The notes: generated by a model not told the origin, from the letters alone. A stretch of DNA of 63,814 nt, filler included, from Octopus bimaculoides (GCF_001194135.2; 7 parts of 7 records of this genome joined end to end with filler, not necessarily neighbours in it); one strand, 5' to 3'; numbered from the whole stretch's first letter, positions 14,315-27,024 are shown. Translations and numbers: made by a program.

Positions 14315-14602
14315 ATAATCAATAATTACATATTTTTATCTATGTAAATGTACATACCTCAATACACATATCTTATTTGTGATGTAAAATATTCTTCTGA
14401 TTTGTAAATTTGTAAAGCATTGTTTAGTTTTTGTCATTATTCTGAGTTAACTAAAGAAATATTATAACGGTAATAATAAAAAACAACATTAGCGATTACA
14501 ACAATAATAAAGATGATGATGATGATGATGATGACGATGATGATGATGATGACGACGACGAGGATGATGACGACGACGACGATGATGATGATGTTGATAA
14601 TG

Positions 14603-14637
<35 letters not shown>

Positions 14638-14766
14638 GATAATAATCCTTTCAATACAATAAAAATAACAAAATTCTACCCAAAAGCAAAGTACAAAGAA
14701 CAGTACAGTAATGCTGTGGAATCACGCAATGAAGTTAAAGAAACAGAATAATAATAGTAATGATGA

Positions 14767-14800
<34 letters not shown>

Positions 14801-15445
14801 GGTGGTGGTGGTGGTGGTGGCGGTGGTGATGGTGATGATGATGATTAACTGTATTATTTTATGACAACAAAACTAAGTCTAAAAGTTATGTGTGTTTAAA
14901 TTCTAAAACCATGTGCAGCTACGATAACGATTACAAATATTACAAGAAATTTTATCCACACTCATACATACACAATTTCAGACACATGCAAACATGAATA
15001 CACACACAGAGACGCAGAAAGGGGCGGAAAAAATAACGAATGAAATAGCGTAAATTACATAAAAAAAGTAACGTGAAATAAAAGTATATTAAGTAAATAC
15101 GACAGAAATCGATTAGAAATAGAAAATAACAAGACGTAAATAGAATAAAAGTGATTTTGAATGGCAAAAAAATAACCCAAAACAAAATATATTCCCCTAG
15201 AAACAACAGTTAATTTAAATGTGGAAATGAAGGTATGCGCATTCGATTGAAATGAAGTAAACTGAAAAAAACTAAAGCAAAAAGTAAATGAAAAAAATCG
15301 ATATATTTTTATATCATATTTTTTAAATATTAGCTTTTGATTTGATTCTTGTTTATTTTTTAGTTGGAAGAAACAACACTTGCAGTACACTTTACACATA
15401 AACACACACATACACAAAGTCTCACAGACATACAATAGGCGTATA

Positions 15446-15654
15446 CAGTAATCCCTCGCCATATCGCGGTTCACCTATCGCGGTTCACCTATCGCGGTTC
15501 ACCTATCGCGGTTTATTATTTAAGCTTACGTCGATTCCTGCATGGTGTTGTTTTGCATTTATAATAAAATAAATATATATAAATTATAAAAACAATTAAA
15601 AACAATATACAGTACGGTACTGTTTCTATTTCGCGGATTTTCACCTATCGCGGG
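15446..15654. mobile_element. pogo/Tigger-like MITE end, truncated by a gap
   Basis: TA followed by CAGTAATCCCTCGCCATATCGCGG, a Tigger-type TIR start; internal 14-bp tandem tatcgcggttcacc x3. Confidence 0.6.
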
Positions 15655-15980
15655 NNNNNNNNNNNNNNNNNNNNNNNNNNNNNNNNNNNNNNNNNNNNNN
15701 NNNNNNNNNNNNNNNNNNNNNNNNNNNNNNNNNNNNNNNNNNNNNNNNNNNNNNNNNNNNNNNNNNNNNNNNNNNNNNNNNNNNNNNNNNNNNNNNNNNN
15801 NNNNNNNNNNNNNNNNNNNNNNNNNNNNNNNNNNNNNNNNNNNNNNNNNNNNNNNNNNNNNNNNNNNNNNNNNNNNNNNNNNNNNNNNNNNNNNNNNNNN
15901 NNNNNNNNNNNNNNNNNNNNNNNNNNNNNNNNNNNNNNNNNNNNNNNNNNNNNNNNNNNNNNNNNNNNNNNNNNNNNNNN

Positions 15981-16146
15981 ATGCATATATTGGTACAGGA
16001 CGTCACCAACTGCGCAAACAAGGTGAAATACGTAAACAAGGAGAGAAAAAGGAAAACAGGACAAGTAAAAACAGAGAAACGACTCTTCATCAGTTGTCGG
16101 TTGTCTATCTAGTTCTCGATTCGAGCATTGAACTAGAATATGAGTC
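15981..16146 (-). mobile_element. Small PLE-like repeat carrying a degenerate rearranged hammerhead
   Basis: Shares the gacaactgaYgaag motif and the gtcctgtaccNatatatgcat tail with 24700-24915. Confidence 0.65.
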
Positions 16147-16950
16147 TTCAAAGATAGTTGCTCCCATAAATTCGAAAACAAAATTTAAGATTTATGGAGG
16201 GTCAAATTTGGGAACATACAAGGAAACCGAACGAAAACAAACATGGAGGGTCGTTAGGCCAGAACGAGAGGAAAATAGTGAACGCTGGGAGAAATATTTT
16301 CCTTGAAACGAGAAAAGATAGAAGAGATAGAAGAGAGAAAACACACGTCCAGTCTTTTGAACGTCCGTGCAGGAAAAGAAAAAAGGACGATGTTCACGTG
16401 TGAGCAACAAGAGAGAGAATAAGAGAAAGAAGAGAGAGAGAAAGAGAGACAGATAGACAGAAAACGGTGAAAGGGAGAGGGGGAGAAAAAGGGAATTAGA
16501 GAAGGATGGAGGAAGAAAATAGTTTAGAGTAGAGTCGCATCAAAAAGGTGAAGATAAACTTACTTGGAAATGAATACGTCACGTTCAATCAAATAATAAT
16601 AATGAATAATATAGACACATACACACATAAACCCGTGCGCGCGCACACACATATTTAGTGATGGTTTCATCTCTCGGTTGAACGCTATCTAGCATTTGAA
16701 TGTCTTTAGTGGATGACTGTTGCCAACATTCAGATCGGGTCTCTGCTTGGATGATATCTTCCTTCCTACTTCCTATAACACCTACAGAAAACAGTGGGCA
16801 TTGCTTTCCCTCCTGACAAACTGTGTATGCATTTATACATTATTTAATTGCAAACACACTCACAACAATACAGTAAGTTATATGGATCTATTATAGATGA
16901 ATAAATTGATAATCGCTCATACATACAATAATACATACATACATACACAC

Positions 16951-16987
<37 letters not shown>

Positions 16988-17942
16988 NNNNNNNNNNNNN
17001 NNNNNNNNNNNNNNNNNNNNNNNNNNNNNNNNNNNNNNNNNNNNNNNNNNNNNNNNNNNNNNNNNNNNNNNNNNNNNNNNNNNNNNNNNNNNNNNNNNNN
17101 NNNNNNNNNNNNNNNNNNNNNNNNNNNNNNNNNNNNNNNNNNNNNNNNNNNNNNNNNNNNNNNNNNNNNNNNNNNNNNNNNNNNNNNNNNNNNNNNNNNN
17201 NNNNNNNNNNNNNNNNNNNNNNNNNNNNNNNNNNNNNNNNNNNNNNNNNNNNNNNNNNNNNNNNNNNNNNNNNNNNNNNNNNNNNNNNNNNNNNNNNNNN
17301 NNNNNNNNNNNNNNNNNNNNNNNNNNNNNNNNNNNNNNNNNNNNNNNNNNNNNNNNNNNNNNNNNNNNNNNNNNNNNNNNNNNNNNNNNNNNNNNNNNNN
17401 NNNNNNNNNNNNNNNNNNNNNNNNNNNNNNNNNNNNNNNNNNNNNNNNNNNNNNNNNNNNNNNNNNNNNNNNNNNNNNNNNNNNNNNNNNNNNNNNNNNN
17501 NNNNNNNNNNNNNNNNNNNNNNNNNNNNNNNNNNNNNNNNNNNNNNNNNNNNNNNNNNNNNNNNNNNNNNNNNNNNNNNNNNNNNNNNNNNNNNNNNNNN
17601 NNNNNNNNNNNNNNNNNNNNNNNNNNNNNNNNNNNNNNNNNNNNNNNNNNNNNNNNNNNNNNNNNNNNNNNNNNNNNNNNNNNNNNNNNNNNNNNNNNNN
17701 NNNNNNNNNNNNNNNNNNNNNNNNNNNNNNNNNNNNNNNNNNNNNNNNNNNNNNNNNNNNNNNNNNNNNNNNNNNNNNNNNNNNNNNNNNNNNNNNNNNN
17801 NNNNNNNNTGTATGTATATACACACCCACATGCACGCACGCACACACATATATATTGAGTGATGTAGATATATATATCTATATATCTATATATCTATATA
17901 TCTAAGTGTATGTATGTATGTATGTATGTATGTATGTATGTA

Positions 17943-18024
<82 letters not shown>

Positions 18025-19461
18025 GTATGTATCTATCTCTATATATATATAAACATACACTTATATATATATAATTTCATTGACTTTGCAAAGTAATATA
18101 TTGATAAGACCATTTTATAATGTTGTGCACAATCTATTTTACATATTGATATTTGCATCGATATGTATATTGATTAGAATCTTGTACACAAACTATAAAC
18201 CATAAAGAAGTCCTCGAATACCTTTTCTACATATGAACTTTCTTTATGCATTGGGTGCAGTACTCTATGCATATATATTCGTAATTGATAACGTCGTGAT
18301 TTATAGCTTAATCCCTTGTGACATAAATTTAGAAATTTCAGTGATCCAGTACTCTGTGTAAGATTTATTTAATAAAGATAATATAATCCGATGTTATGAT
18401 ATGACTCTACGCACTGAGTTCTCATGTCTACGTGTGCTTATTTCTATCTGTGCGCTGAAACTATAAACTGTTAATTATTAACGTAATCAATTAAAATTAT
18501 CTTTGAAGTCAATAAAAAAACATCAATATCAATATATGTAATCACCATATACCATGGGCCGCCAAACAAATTAAGCCTCAAACGAATTAGGGACCATTCA
18601 GAATAAGGAGACCCCAAGATATAGACGATTCACAAACATACATATCAAGTAAACTCTCCCTTCATCAGCTGCCTGACAGATATCACTATGGTTTTAACAC
18701 ATCTGTACAGTACCGTTCAATTGGGCAGGGTCATCATTGTTAAAAGCATAAGTGCTGCTTGGGAATCATCAGACAAGTAGCAGGAGCGAAACATTAGTAT
18801 AATATATATATATATATATATANNNNNNNNNNNNNNNNNNNNNNNNNNNNNNNNNNNNNNNNNNNNNNNNNNNNNNNNNNNNNNNNNNNNNNNNNNNNNN
18901 NNNNNNNNNNNNNNNNNNNNNNNNNNNNNNNNNNNNNNNNNNNNNNNNNNNNNNNNNNNNNNNNNNNNNNNNNNNNNNNNNNNNNNNNNNNNNNNNNNNN
19001 NNNNNNNNNNNNNNNNNNNNNNNNNNNNNNNNNNNNNNNNNNNNNNNNNNNNNNNNNNNNNNNNNNNNNNNNNNNNNNNNNNNNNNNNNNNNNNNNNNNN
19101 NNNNNNNNNNNNNNNNNNNNNNNNNNNNNNNNNNNNNNNNNNNNNNNNNNNNNNNNNNNNNNNNNNNNNNNNNNNNNNNNNNNNNNNNNNNNNNNNNNNN
19201 NNNNNNNNNNNNNNNNNNNNNNNNNNNNNNNNNNNNNNNNNNNNNNNNNNNNNNNNNNNNNNNNNNNNNNNNNNNNNNNNNNNNNNNNNNNNNNNNNNNN
19301 NNNNNNNNNNNNNNNNNNNNNNNNNNNNNNNNNNNNNNNNNNNNNNNNNNNNNNNNNNNNNNNNNNNNNNNNNNNNNNNNNNNNNNNNNNNNNNNNNNNN
19401 NNNNNNNNNNNNNNNNNNNNNNNNNNNNNNNNNNNNNNNNNNNNNNNNNNNNNNNNNNNNN

Positions 19462-19499
<38 letters not shown>

Positions 19500-20141
19500 C
19501 TATATATATATATACACACATATACATATACACACACATATATATATATACAAACACACATATACATATTTATACAAACACACAAACACATATATACATA
19601 CATACATATGCATACATACACATAATCACACACACACACACATATAGAAACAAAATTTATTTTAAAATGAAACTTTTAATTCTGAGTTTGAGGGTTTAAC
19701 GTATTTTGGAAGAATGATATATATAAACGATAGATCCTATATTTATATTAAAAGCAAGTATGAGATTTACTTTAATTTAAGTATGAGATGCACTTTAAGA
19801 AAACCCCTTTCATTCATGTAGAATGCGTAATGGTATCCGTGCAAGGTAACTGGCGTTCAAACGTAGCCATTTTGAAGTATTTCATCAAAACATTAGATTT
19901 TTTAACCATGACGTTAGAGTACATACTGAACAATATATTTGTCTTTTTTTTTAATACACACAACACAAACATCATTCATTACCGTAGCTGTAGTGTTTGG
20001 CACATTTTAATATTTTCCAAATGATTTTAAGTAACCAGATATATATCGACAAATTTGTGTCAGATGATCTTTCAGGAGTTTTGAAATGTTGATTAGATTT
20101 CAATTGAAAAGTCTTTTCAGACAAATTGATATAATCTTTAG

Positions 20142-20392
20142 AAGCAAAATCATTAGCTGCAAATAATTTCGCATATTACACAATCGATTCCGAGTTTGAG
20201 AGACATAAATCATTTATTGAACATTTTACAGGATTAAAAGAATTGCAGAAACGAGAAATATTGAATGTAGATAGGCGTGTAGTACTTTTAATAAACGTAT
20301 TTGCTATTTCTGTTGCAAAATTCTGTGTTCCAATCAATTCAGTCGAAAGAAAATTGAGAGAAACATTTAGTAATATTTCTCCGCACATTTAG
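20142..20392 (+). CDS. Candidate exon or pseudo-exon (EAKSLAANNFAYYTIDSEFERHKSFIEHFTGLKELQKREILNVDRRVVLLINVFAISVAKFCVPINSVERKLRETFSNISPHI*)
   Basis: ataatctttag acceptor and >80 stop-free, non-repetitive codons in AT-rich DNA; the antisense frame is also nearly open, so the strand is uncertain. Confidence 0.25.
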
Positions 20393-20989
20393 ATTAACCA
20401 GAGCTGTAAAGGAAAATAATTTTAAGCTTTCAACATGCCCGTGTCTAATAAGAACTGGTGGTATATTTATTTATCTTTTGCGTTTTACATATTTTAATCA
20501 TTAGACAGCGGCCACGCTGAAACATCGCTTTGTCACTTTAAAAGTTTAGTCGAACAAATCAACAAATTGATCCCAGTACGTATACTTAAGTCTGGTTCTT
20601 ATTTTATCGATCACTTTCGTCGGGCCACTTGGTTACAGTATCAGAAGCAAAGCAACACGGGTATTCAAGCGGTGTTGAGGGACAAACATAAATACAAAGA
20701 TGCACCGACATACATAATTCTATCCAGATATCTCTTGATGCAATGGCGAATGTTTCCTAGGTAACATTCTTTAAAAAGATGGTCTTTAATATGTAATAAA
20801 CAGTTAAGTTGAAACAATATATAAAAAATGCAAGTGAAGACTTCGTTGATTCCACAGTTCAAGAATTCGGTGCTACCAGGATGGAAAAAAAAAAAGGTTT
20901 CTTTCGTGCTAGATTAATAGAAGATATTCTGATCCGAGATAACCTGCTTTAAAATTGAAGTTGTATACACGTGATAGATACATAACACT

Positions 20990-21038
<49 letters not shown>

Positions 21039-21123
21039 TGTTGTGTCTGGGGAGAGTCATTTTCTTTTTTGTATATACATGTATATACATGTATATACAA
21101 AAACTCACATACAGATACACAAG

Positions 21124-21166
<43 letters not shown>

Positions 21167-21180
21167 TACANNNNNNNNNN

Positions 21181-21221
<41 letters not shown>

Positions 21222-21320
21222 TACACACACACACTTATATAGGCAGGGTAAATCACAGAACTGAATATATCAAATGAATGTGGCAGATGTTAGTTTAACG
21301 TTTAAAGTGAAAACAACCGT

Positions 21321-21358
21321 GTCTCTAATATTTCAGGTGTTATTCCTTCTTCAGGCCG
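21321..21358 (-). ncRNA. Degenerate minimal hammerhead-like motif
   Basis: CTGAAGA-AGG aataaca CCT-GAAA-TATT; palindromic stem III AUAU; stem I not paired. Confidence 0.35.
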
Positions 21359-21852
21359 AAAAGAAAGAAGAGGAAAACACGGAGAAAGCGTACGAAAATT
21401 ATATTTCTTATATACTGGAGAGAAAATAAAATAATTATTTCTTTGGACAATCGCCTTCGTATGACGTGACGTCAAGAGCATGGTGAGGGGAAGTGTGATG
21501 AGGAAGTGGAAAAGGGTATAACCAATTCGTATTGTTCAATGGTAGTAGCACCTGCGAGTGCTGATGCACTTGCATTTATGCCGTGTAAGTGCATATAAAG
21601 CAAGTTATGGGGGGGGGGGTCATTGTTTGGTGGATAAATGAGCAGCTACTCGAGTTTCACGTTTCCGTTTCTTGTAGTTACCGACGAAATGGAGACGAGA
21701 GCCTAAACGAGACGTACTCCGCATTCATCTTTGACTGCATATAATTTCACTTTAGGCATTGAGTACTTAAGCTATCGAGTACTTAATTACATTTTGTATT
21801 CACATTCACATCAACACGATGCCACACGATACATACATACATACATACATAA

Positions 21853-21934
<82 letters not shown>

Positions 21935-22749
21935 ATATATGAGCATATGCATATATGCATACATATACGTACATACCTACATCTACATGTATACATAGAT
22001 GCATATCCGGGTACAGTAAGTAAAAAAAACGTGGACAAAAAAGGAACGGGAACATAAGCAAAGCACAAAAGCCGAATTTTTTTTTACGGACAACAGAATG
22101 AACACATAGGAAAACAGACAAGCCACGTATGGAACTTTTCCTTCATCAGCTGCCTAGAAATTAACTACAAAATAAAATGGATTCCAAAATGATTCAAAAA
22201 TAGAATTCTCGAAAAAAAAAATAGATTCCAAATTTGAAAACGCAATAAATTCCAAAATTTAAAGAAACGGCGGGAATTTAGTTGGTAACCCAATATATAT
22301 ATATACACGTATATATATAGAAATAATCAGTAGATAGCTAAACTTATTAAACAAAGTTCAACAGATTTATTCTTTATTATGAAATGAAGGCGACAGGATG
22401 TTAAAATGGATTTTAGTTTTTATTTTCTTATTCCTATACAATTGTTTCTAACAAATGGACCAACATATTCATATACAGAACATCGTAATGGTCAAATTTG
22501 TATTCTTCAGTAGGTGATGTTTAAAGGAAACTAGAAATGAACGAAAAGACGTTTAAAATATACATAGATTTTTTTTCTTAGCTATCATTTTAAGGGAATT
22601 GTATATTCATTCTTCCAGCCACGCTTATTTGAATCGAGACTAAAATATAATAAGACTTGGGTGCTAGTATATCTAATATTTAATTTGAATTCCTTTTTAT
22701 ACATATATACATATATACATATGTATGTGTGTGTACATANNNNNNNNNN

Positions 22750-22780
<31 letters not shown>

Positions 22781-23516
22781 TGTGTGTATGTGTGTATACG
22801 GATATGTATGTAAATATTTATCTATATGCATATGAGCATGTACGTCTGTATAAACAGTGTATGTAGATTACAGACATACTTGCACACGCATGCACATACA
22901 CACATGCACACTTACACGCACACATACGCACGCACACACACACTCGCTTACATACGCACGCACACGTACGTACACACACACACACACTCGCACACAAACA
23001 CACACGCATTGACGCACGAATACATACCTATAGAATTACACGTCTGTATGTATCTTGCATGCGCTTATCTATCATATCCTTATTTGGAAGTTTTAAATTA
23101 GAATTTGAATGGGGATTAACTTAATGGGGGAAATCCTATATCAGCATTTGAGAAAAGATCAATATCGAAGTTTAGTATTAGCATTTGCAAGCACGCATAA
23201 CTATTTGCAGTGATTTACCGAGATATATCAGTTTTTCTTGAGGAGAAATTGAAAACCATAATGTTTCAACAATTAAATGTATTCTTTCTTTTTAGTCCAT
23301 CGCCTGATGAACTGTGTGCAGGAATGTGTGTATACGCAAGACATTAATTATATATATNNNNNNNNNNNNNNNNNNNNNNNNNNNNNNNNNNNNNNNNNNN
23401 NNNNNNNNNNNNNNNNNNNNNNNNNNNNNNNNNNNNNNNNNNNNNNNNNNNNNNNNNNNNNNNNNNNNNNNNNNNNNNNNNNNNNNNNNNNNNNNNNNNN
23501 NNNNNNNNNNNNNNNN

Positions 23517-23547
<31 letters not shown>

Positions 23548-23737
23548 AAATCTTAAATTTCTCACGAATTTCAAGCTAAAATACACTATTGGGAAATAAT
23601 ATTTAGACATAAATATCTGTCTATGTTTGGTAATTTGTATTTGTTCTCTGGTTTTTTCTATGCTGAAAACCCAACATTAGTTTTGGTAAATGATGATTAT
23701 ATATAATTAACTTGTTCTTCTTCGTTTTCTCATTTAG

Positions 23738-23770
23738 TTTCCAATTTCGGTCATTGAACTATGACTATAG
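23738..23770 (+). CDS. Candidate 33-nt micro-exon
   Basis: ttcttcttcgttttctcatttag acceptor and TAG|gtgagt donor; one open frame (FQFRSLNYDY) or an internal ATG ACT ATA G start. Confidence 0.2.
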
Positions 23771-23820
23771 GTGAGTATTTCTTTGTACTGGTTATTCGAC
23801 CAATTCCACTTAATACTTAC

Positions 23821-23871
23821 CTTTTAGTCTGGTTAATGATCCTGTCGAACACTTTTAGCCAAGCTGCTACT
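23821..23871 (-). CDS. Candidate 51-nt symmetric exon (VAAWLKVFDRIINQTK)
   Basis: cttacacccttgcag acceptor, AAG|gtaagt donor, single open frame with phase 2/2; peptide looks like an amphipathic helix; gene unknown. Confidence 0.4.
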
Positions 23872-24714
23872 CTGCAAGGGTGTAAGCAAACCAGCAATGG
23901 TTTTCAAGCGGCAAGGGAAACATGAAAACATATCGCACGTACACGCACACACATGCACTCACACACATACATACACGTGCGCGCACACATGAATATACGA
24001 CGGGGTCTTTGCAAAGCTTCTATCTACGAAACATATGGTAGAAGGCATTTATGTTTGAATCCAAACCATAAGGTTAGAAAGCAATATTCTCAACCATAGT
24101 CATGACTGCGAATATATATATTATGTGTGTGTGTGTGTGTGTGTGTTCACGTGTGCGTGTATGTGTGTGTATGCGTGTATTTGTGTGTATATGGGCACAA
24201 TAGACAATGAGGTAGATTTATGTTTATTATATAATTGTAGAATAGATTCTCTGCTGCAAATCTACAATAAAAATCTTTCTCACGAGTCAAGAGATTTGAA
24301 AGGCCAGTCATCAAGCATGGTTTCCAAAGCATAGCTGTCTTGTTAAAGTTAGCTTCGAAACCTCATTGCTCTGAGATTGGTCATAGAGCAGCGCATTGAG
24401 CAGGTTTCTTCCACGGATACTGTGCTGTAGCAATTCTACATGTAGCAATTCGTACATGCATGCTGACACGTGACGAAAAGGGATCTTTCATTGTGTCCAC
24501 TTCCTTCCTAAAGAAAAGACGTGCCTTTTCCTGTCTCCTCATGGCTCGTCTACCTAGCGTTCATAATAATTTTGTTATCGTCTAAACAGCCCTCACCGTT
24601 TATTTTTACTGTCTTGTTCTCACTGTCCTATTCTTGTTAACACTTTCATCACCCTCCGCAAAAAATCGCAAATTTTATTTAATTTGCTTTGCGGGAAGGA
24701 CTGCTTCATCGAAG

Positions 24715-24775
24715 TCGCGTATTGTCCTTGCCTTCGAAACGCGGAGTGGATGGAACAGGGACAACTGACGAAGGG
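24715..24775 (+). ncRNA. Hammerhead ribozyme with non-circularly permuted strand order
   Basis: GUA triplet 24719-24721, GAAAC 24736-24740, CUGACGA 24765-24771; stem III TCGCGT/ACGCGG and 9-bp stem I TTGTCCTTG/CAGGGACAA in exact hammerhead register; stem II weak. Confidence 0.65.
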
Positions 24776-25040
24776 TTATACTTTTTATGTTGCATGCCTC
24801 GTTTCTCTGTTTGTGTTTTTCGTTGATCGAAGAAAGTTCGTTTTCTGTTTCGTTTTTATGTTTTCGTTTGTCATTGTGTTTAACGATTTTTTCATGTCCT
24901 GTACCCATATATGCATGTATGTATACATATAGATGTAGGTATATATATATATATATATATATNNNNNNNNNNNNNNNNNNNNNNNNNNNNNNNNNNNNNN
25001 NNNNNNNNNNNNNNNNNNNNNNNNNNNNNNNNNNNNNNNN

Positions 25041-25084
<44 letters not shown>

Positions 25085-25250
25085 ATATACGCATATATTT
25101 ATATATTATTTATATTATTACATACATACATACATATACATATATTTATATATGCTGTTGAAAACTGTAAAAGGCTTAAAATGCAAATAGGTTTTAAGAT
25201 GAGATAATATAAGCTAAAAATAAGTTACCTGTTAATTTTTGTTCTTATGT

Positions 25251-25290
25251 GTATCCAATATTTCGGTGCATACAAGTTCCTTCTTCGGGG
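25251..25290 (-). ncRNA. Degenerate minimal hammerhead-like motif, same family as 21321
   Basis: CCGAAGA-A-GG...CC-GAAA-TATT-GGATAC; U4 is mutated. Confidence 0.25.
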
Positions 25291-25496
25291 TTAAAAAGGA
25301 ACTGTCCTTGGTTAGATGTTTCTTGTCGGAGATAAAATAATCTTATAATTATATTTGAATTTTTAAGCGTTTCTCTTCTTCCTGAATGTTAGTGACGTCA
25401 ATTATTAACTTATCGCTCCACAAATCAATTTTCATTATCTCTCTTCTAATATGTAGCAAATGTACCTGTGTGTGTATGTCATGTTATGTATATATA

Positions 25497-25880
25497 GGCA
25501 TAGGAGTGGCTGTGTGCTAAGTAGCTTGCTTACCAACCACATGGTTCCGGGTTCAGTCCCACTGCGTGGCACCTTGGGCAAGTGTCTTCTACTATAGCCT
25601 CGGGCCGACCAAAGCCTTGTGAGTGGATTTAGTAGACGGAAATTGAAAGAAGCCCGTCGTATATATGTATATATACGTATGTATGTATGTCTATATGTTT
25701 GTGTGTCTGTGTTTGTCACCCCCAACATCGCTTGGCAACCGATGCTGGTATGTTTACGTCCCCATAATTTAGCGATTCGGCAAAAGAGACCGATAGAATA
25801 AGTACTAGACTTACAAAGAATAAGTCCTGGGGTCGATTAGTTCGAATAAAAGGCGGTGCTCCAACATGGCCGCAGTCAAT
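25497..25880 (+). mobile_element. tRNA-headed SINE family A, near full length
   Basis: A/B-box-like head (ggagtggctgtgtgctaag...gggttcagtccc), ccttgggcaagtgtctt domain, internal microsatellite, ggcggtgctccaacatggccgcagtc tail; many homologues in the window. Confidence 0.9.
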
Positions 25881-25917
25881 TAGTATACTTACATGCACAC
25901 ACACACTTATATATAGT

Positions 25918-26210
25918 GGCGGTGCGTGGTTTAGTGAGTTCGATTCCCGGCCACGCGTTGTGTCCTTGAGCAAGACACTTTATTTCACGCTACACCAGTC
26001 TACTCAGCTGGCAAAAATAATGAGCTGTACCTGTAATTCAAACGGCCGGCCTCGTCACATTCTACGTCACGCTGAATCTTCTTGAGAACTATGTTAAAGG
26101 TACGCGTGTCTGTGGAGTACTCAGCCACTTGCACGTTAATTTTATGAGCAGGCTGTTCCGCTGATCGGATCAAATGGAACCCTTGTCCTCGTAATCGACG
26201 GAGTGCCAGT
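25918..26210 (+). mobile_element. tRNA-headed SINE family C, full length
   Basis: ggcggtgcgtggtttagtgagttcgattccc...tgtgtccttgagcaagacacttt...gatcggatcaaatggaaccc...gacggagtgccag; inverted homologue at 40290-40612. Confidence 0.9.
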
Positions 26211-26321
26211 TTAAGATATATNNNNNNNNNNNNNNNNNNNNNNNNNNNNNNNNNNNNNNNNNNNNTTAATTAATTAANNNNNNNNNNNNNNNNNNNNNNN
26301 NNNNNNNNNNNNNNNNNNNNN

Positions 26322-26934
26322 GATGAAGATGATGATGGTGGTGATGATGATGATGACGATTGTGGTTGCAACGGTAGTGGCAGTGCTGGGGCTGGTGGCG
26401 GCGGTGGTGGTGGTGGTGGTGGTGGTGGTATTGGTGCTAGTATCGCTAGTGGTAGTATTGGTAATAGCGGTAATAGTGCTAGCTAAAGGTAGCGTCGATG
26501 GGGTGCTCACGTCGATAATGATGATGATGATGGTAACAAAGATGATACAATTATTATTATTATTATTATTATTGTTATACTTTTTGTCAATAGTTTTGCT
26601 GCTGTTGTTGTTAGTAGTAGTAGTAGTAGTAGTGGTAGTAGTAGTAGTGGTGGAAGTAGTAGTAGTGGTGGTAGTGTTATAGTCCTCTCCGGTTCATGTT
26701 TTTCTTCTTTTTTTTTTGGTAATATATCTTTTTCTTCCTCGTCTCTTTCCTGTTGCCGTTTTTGTTGCTGTTGTTGTTGTGGTCGTTCACTTTTTTTTTT
26801 TTTTTACTACAATTATCGCCACAACAATAACAACACCGATAACACTAACAACCGCTAACTACTACTACTACTACTACAACAACAACTACAACAACTACTA
26901 CTGCTACTGCTACTCCTACTACAACGTGTCGCCG

Positions 26935-26966
<32 letters not shown>

Positions 26967-26985
26967 ATATATATATATATGTGTT

Positions 26986-27024
<39 letters not shown>

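Noticed and set aside
22120-22200. Hammerhead at cagCTGATGAAGG (minus)
   Set aside because: No GAAA strand or complementary stem I strand found nearby; kept only as a member of the repeat family.
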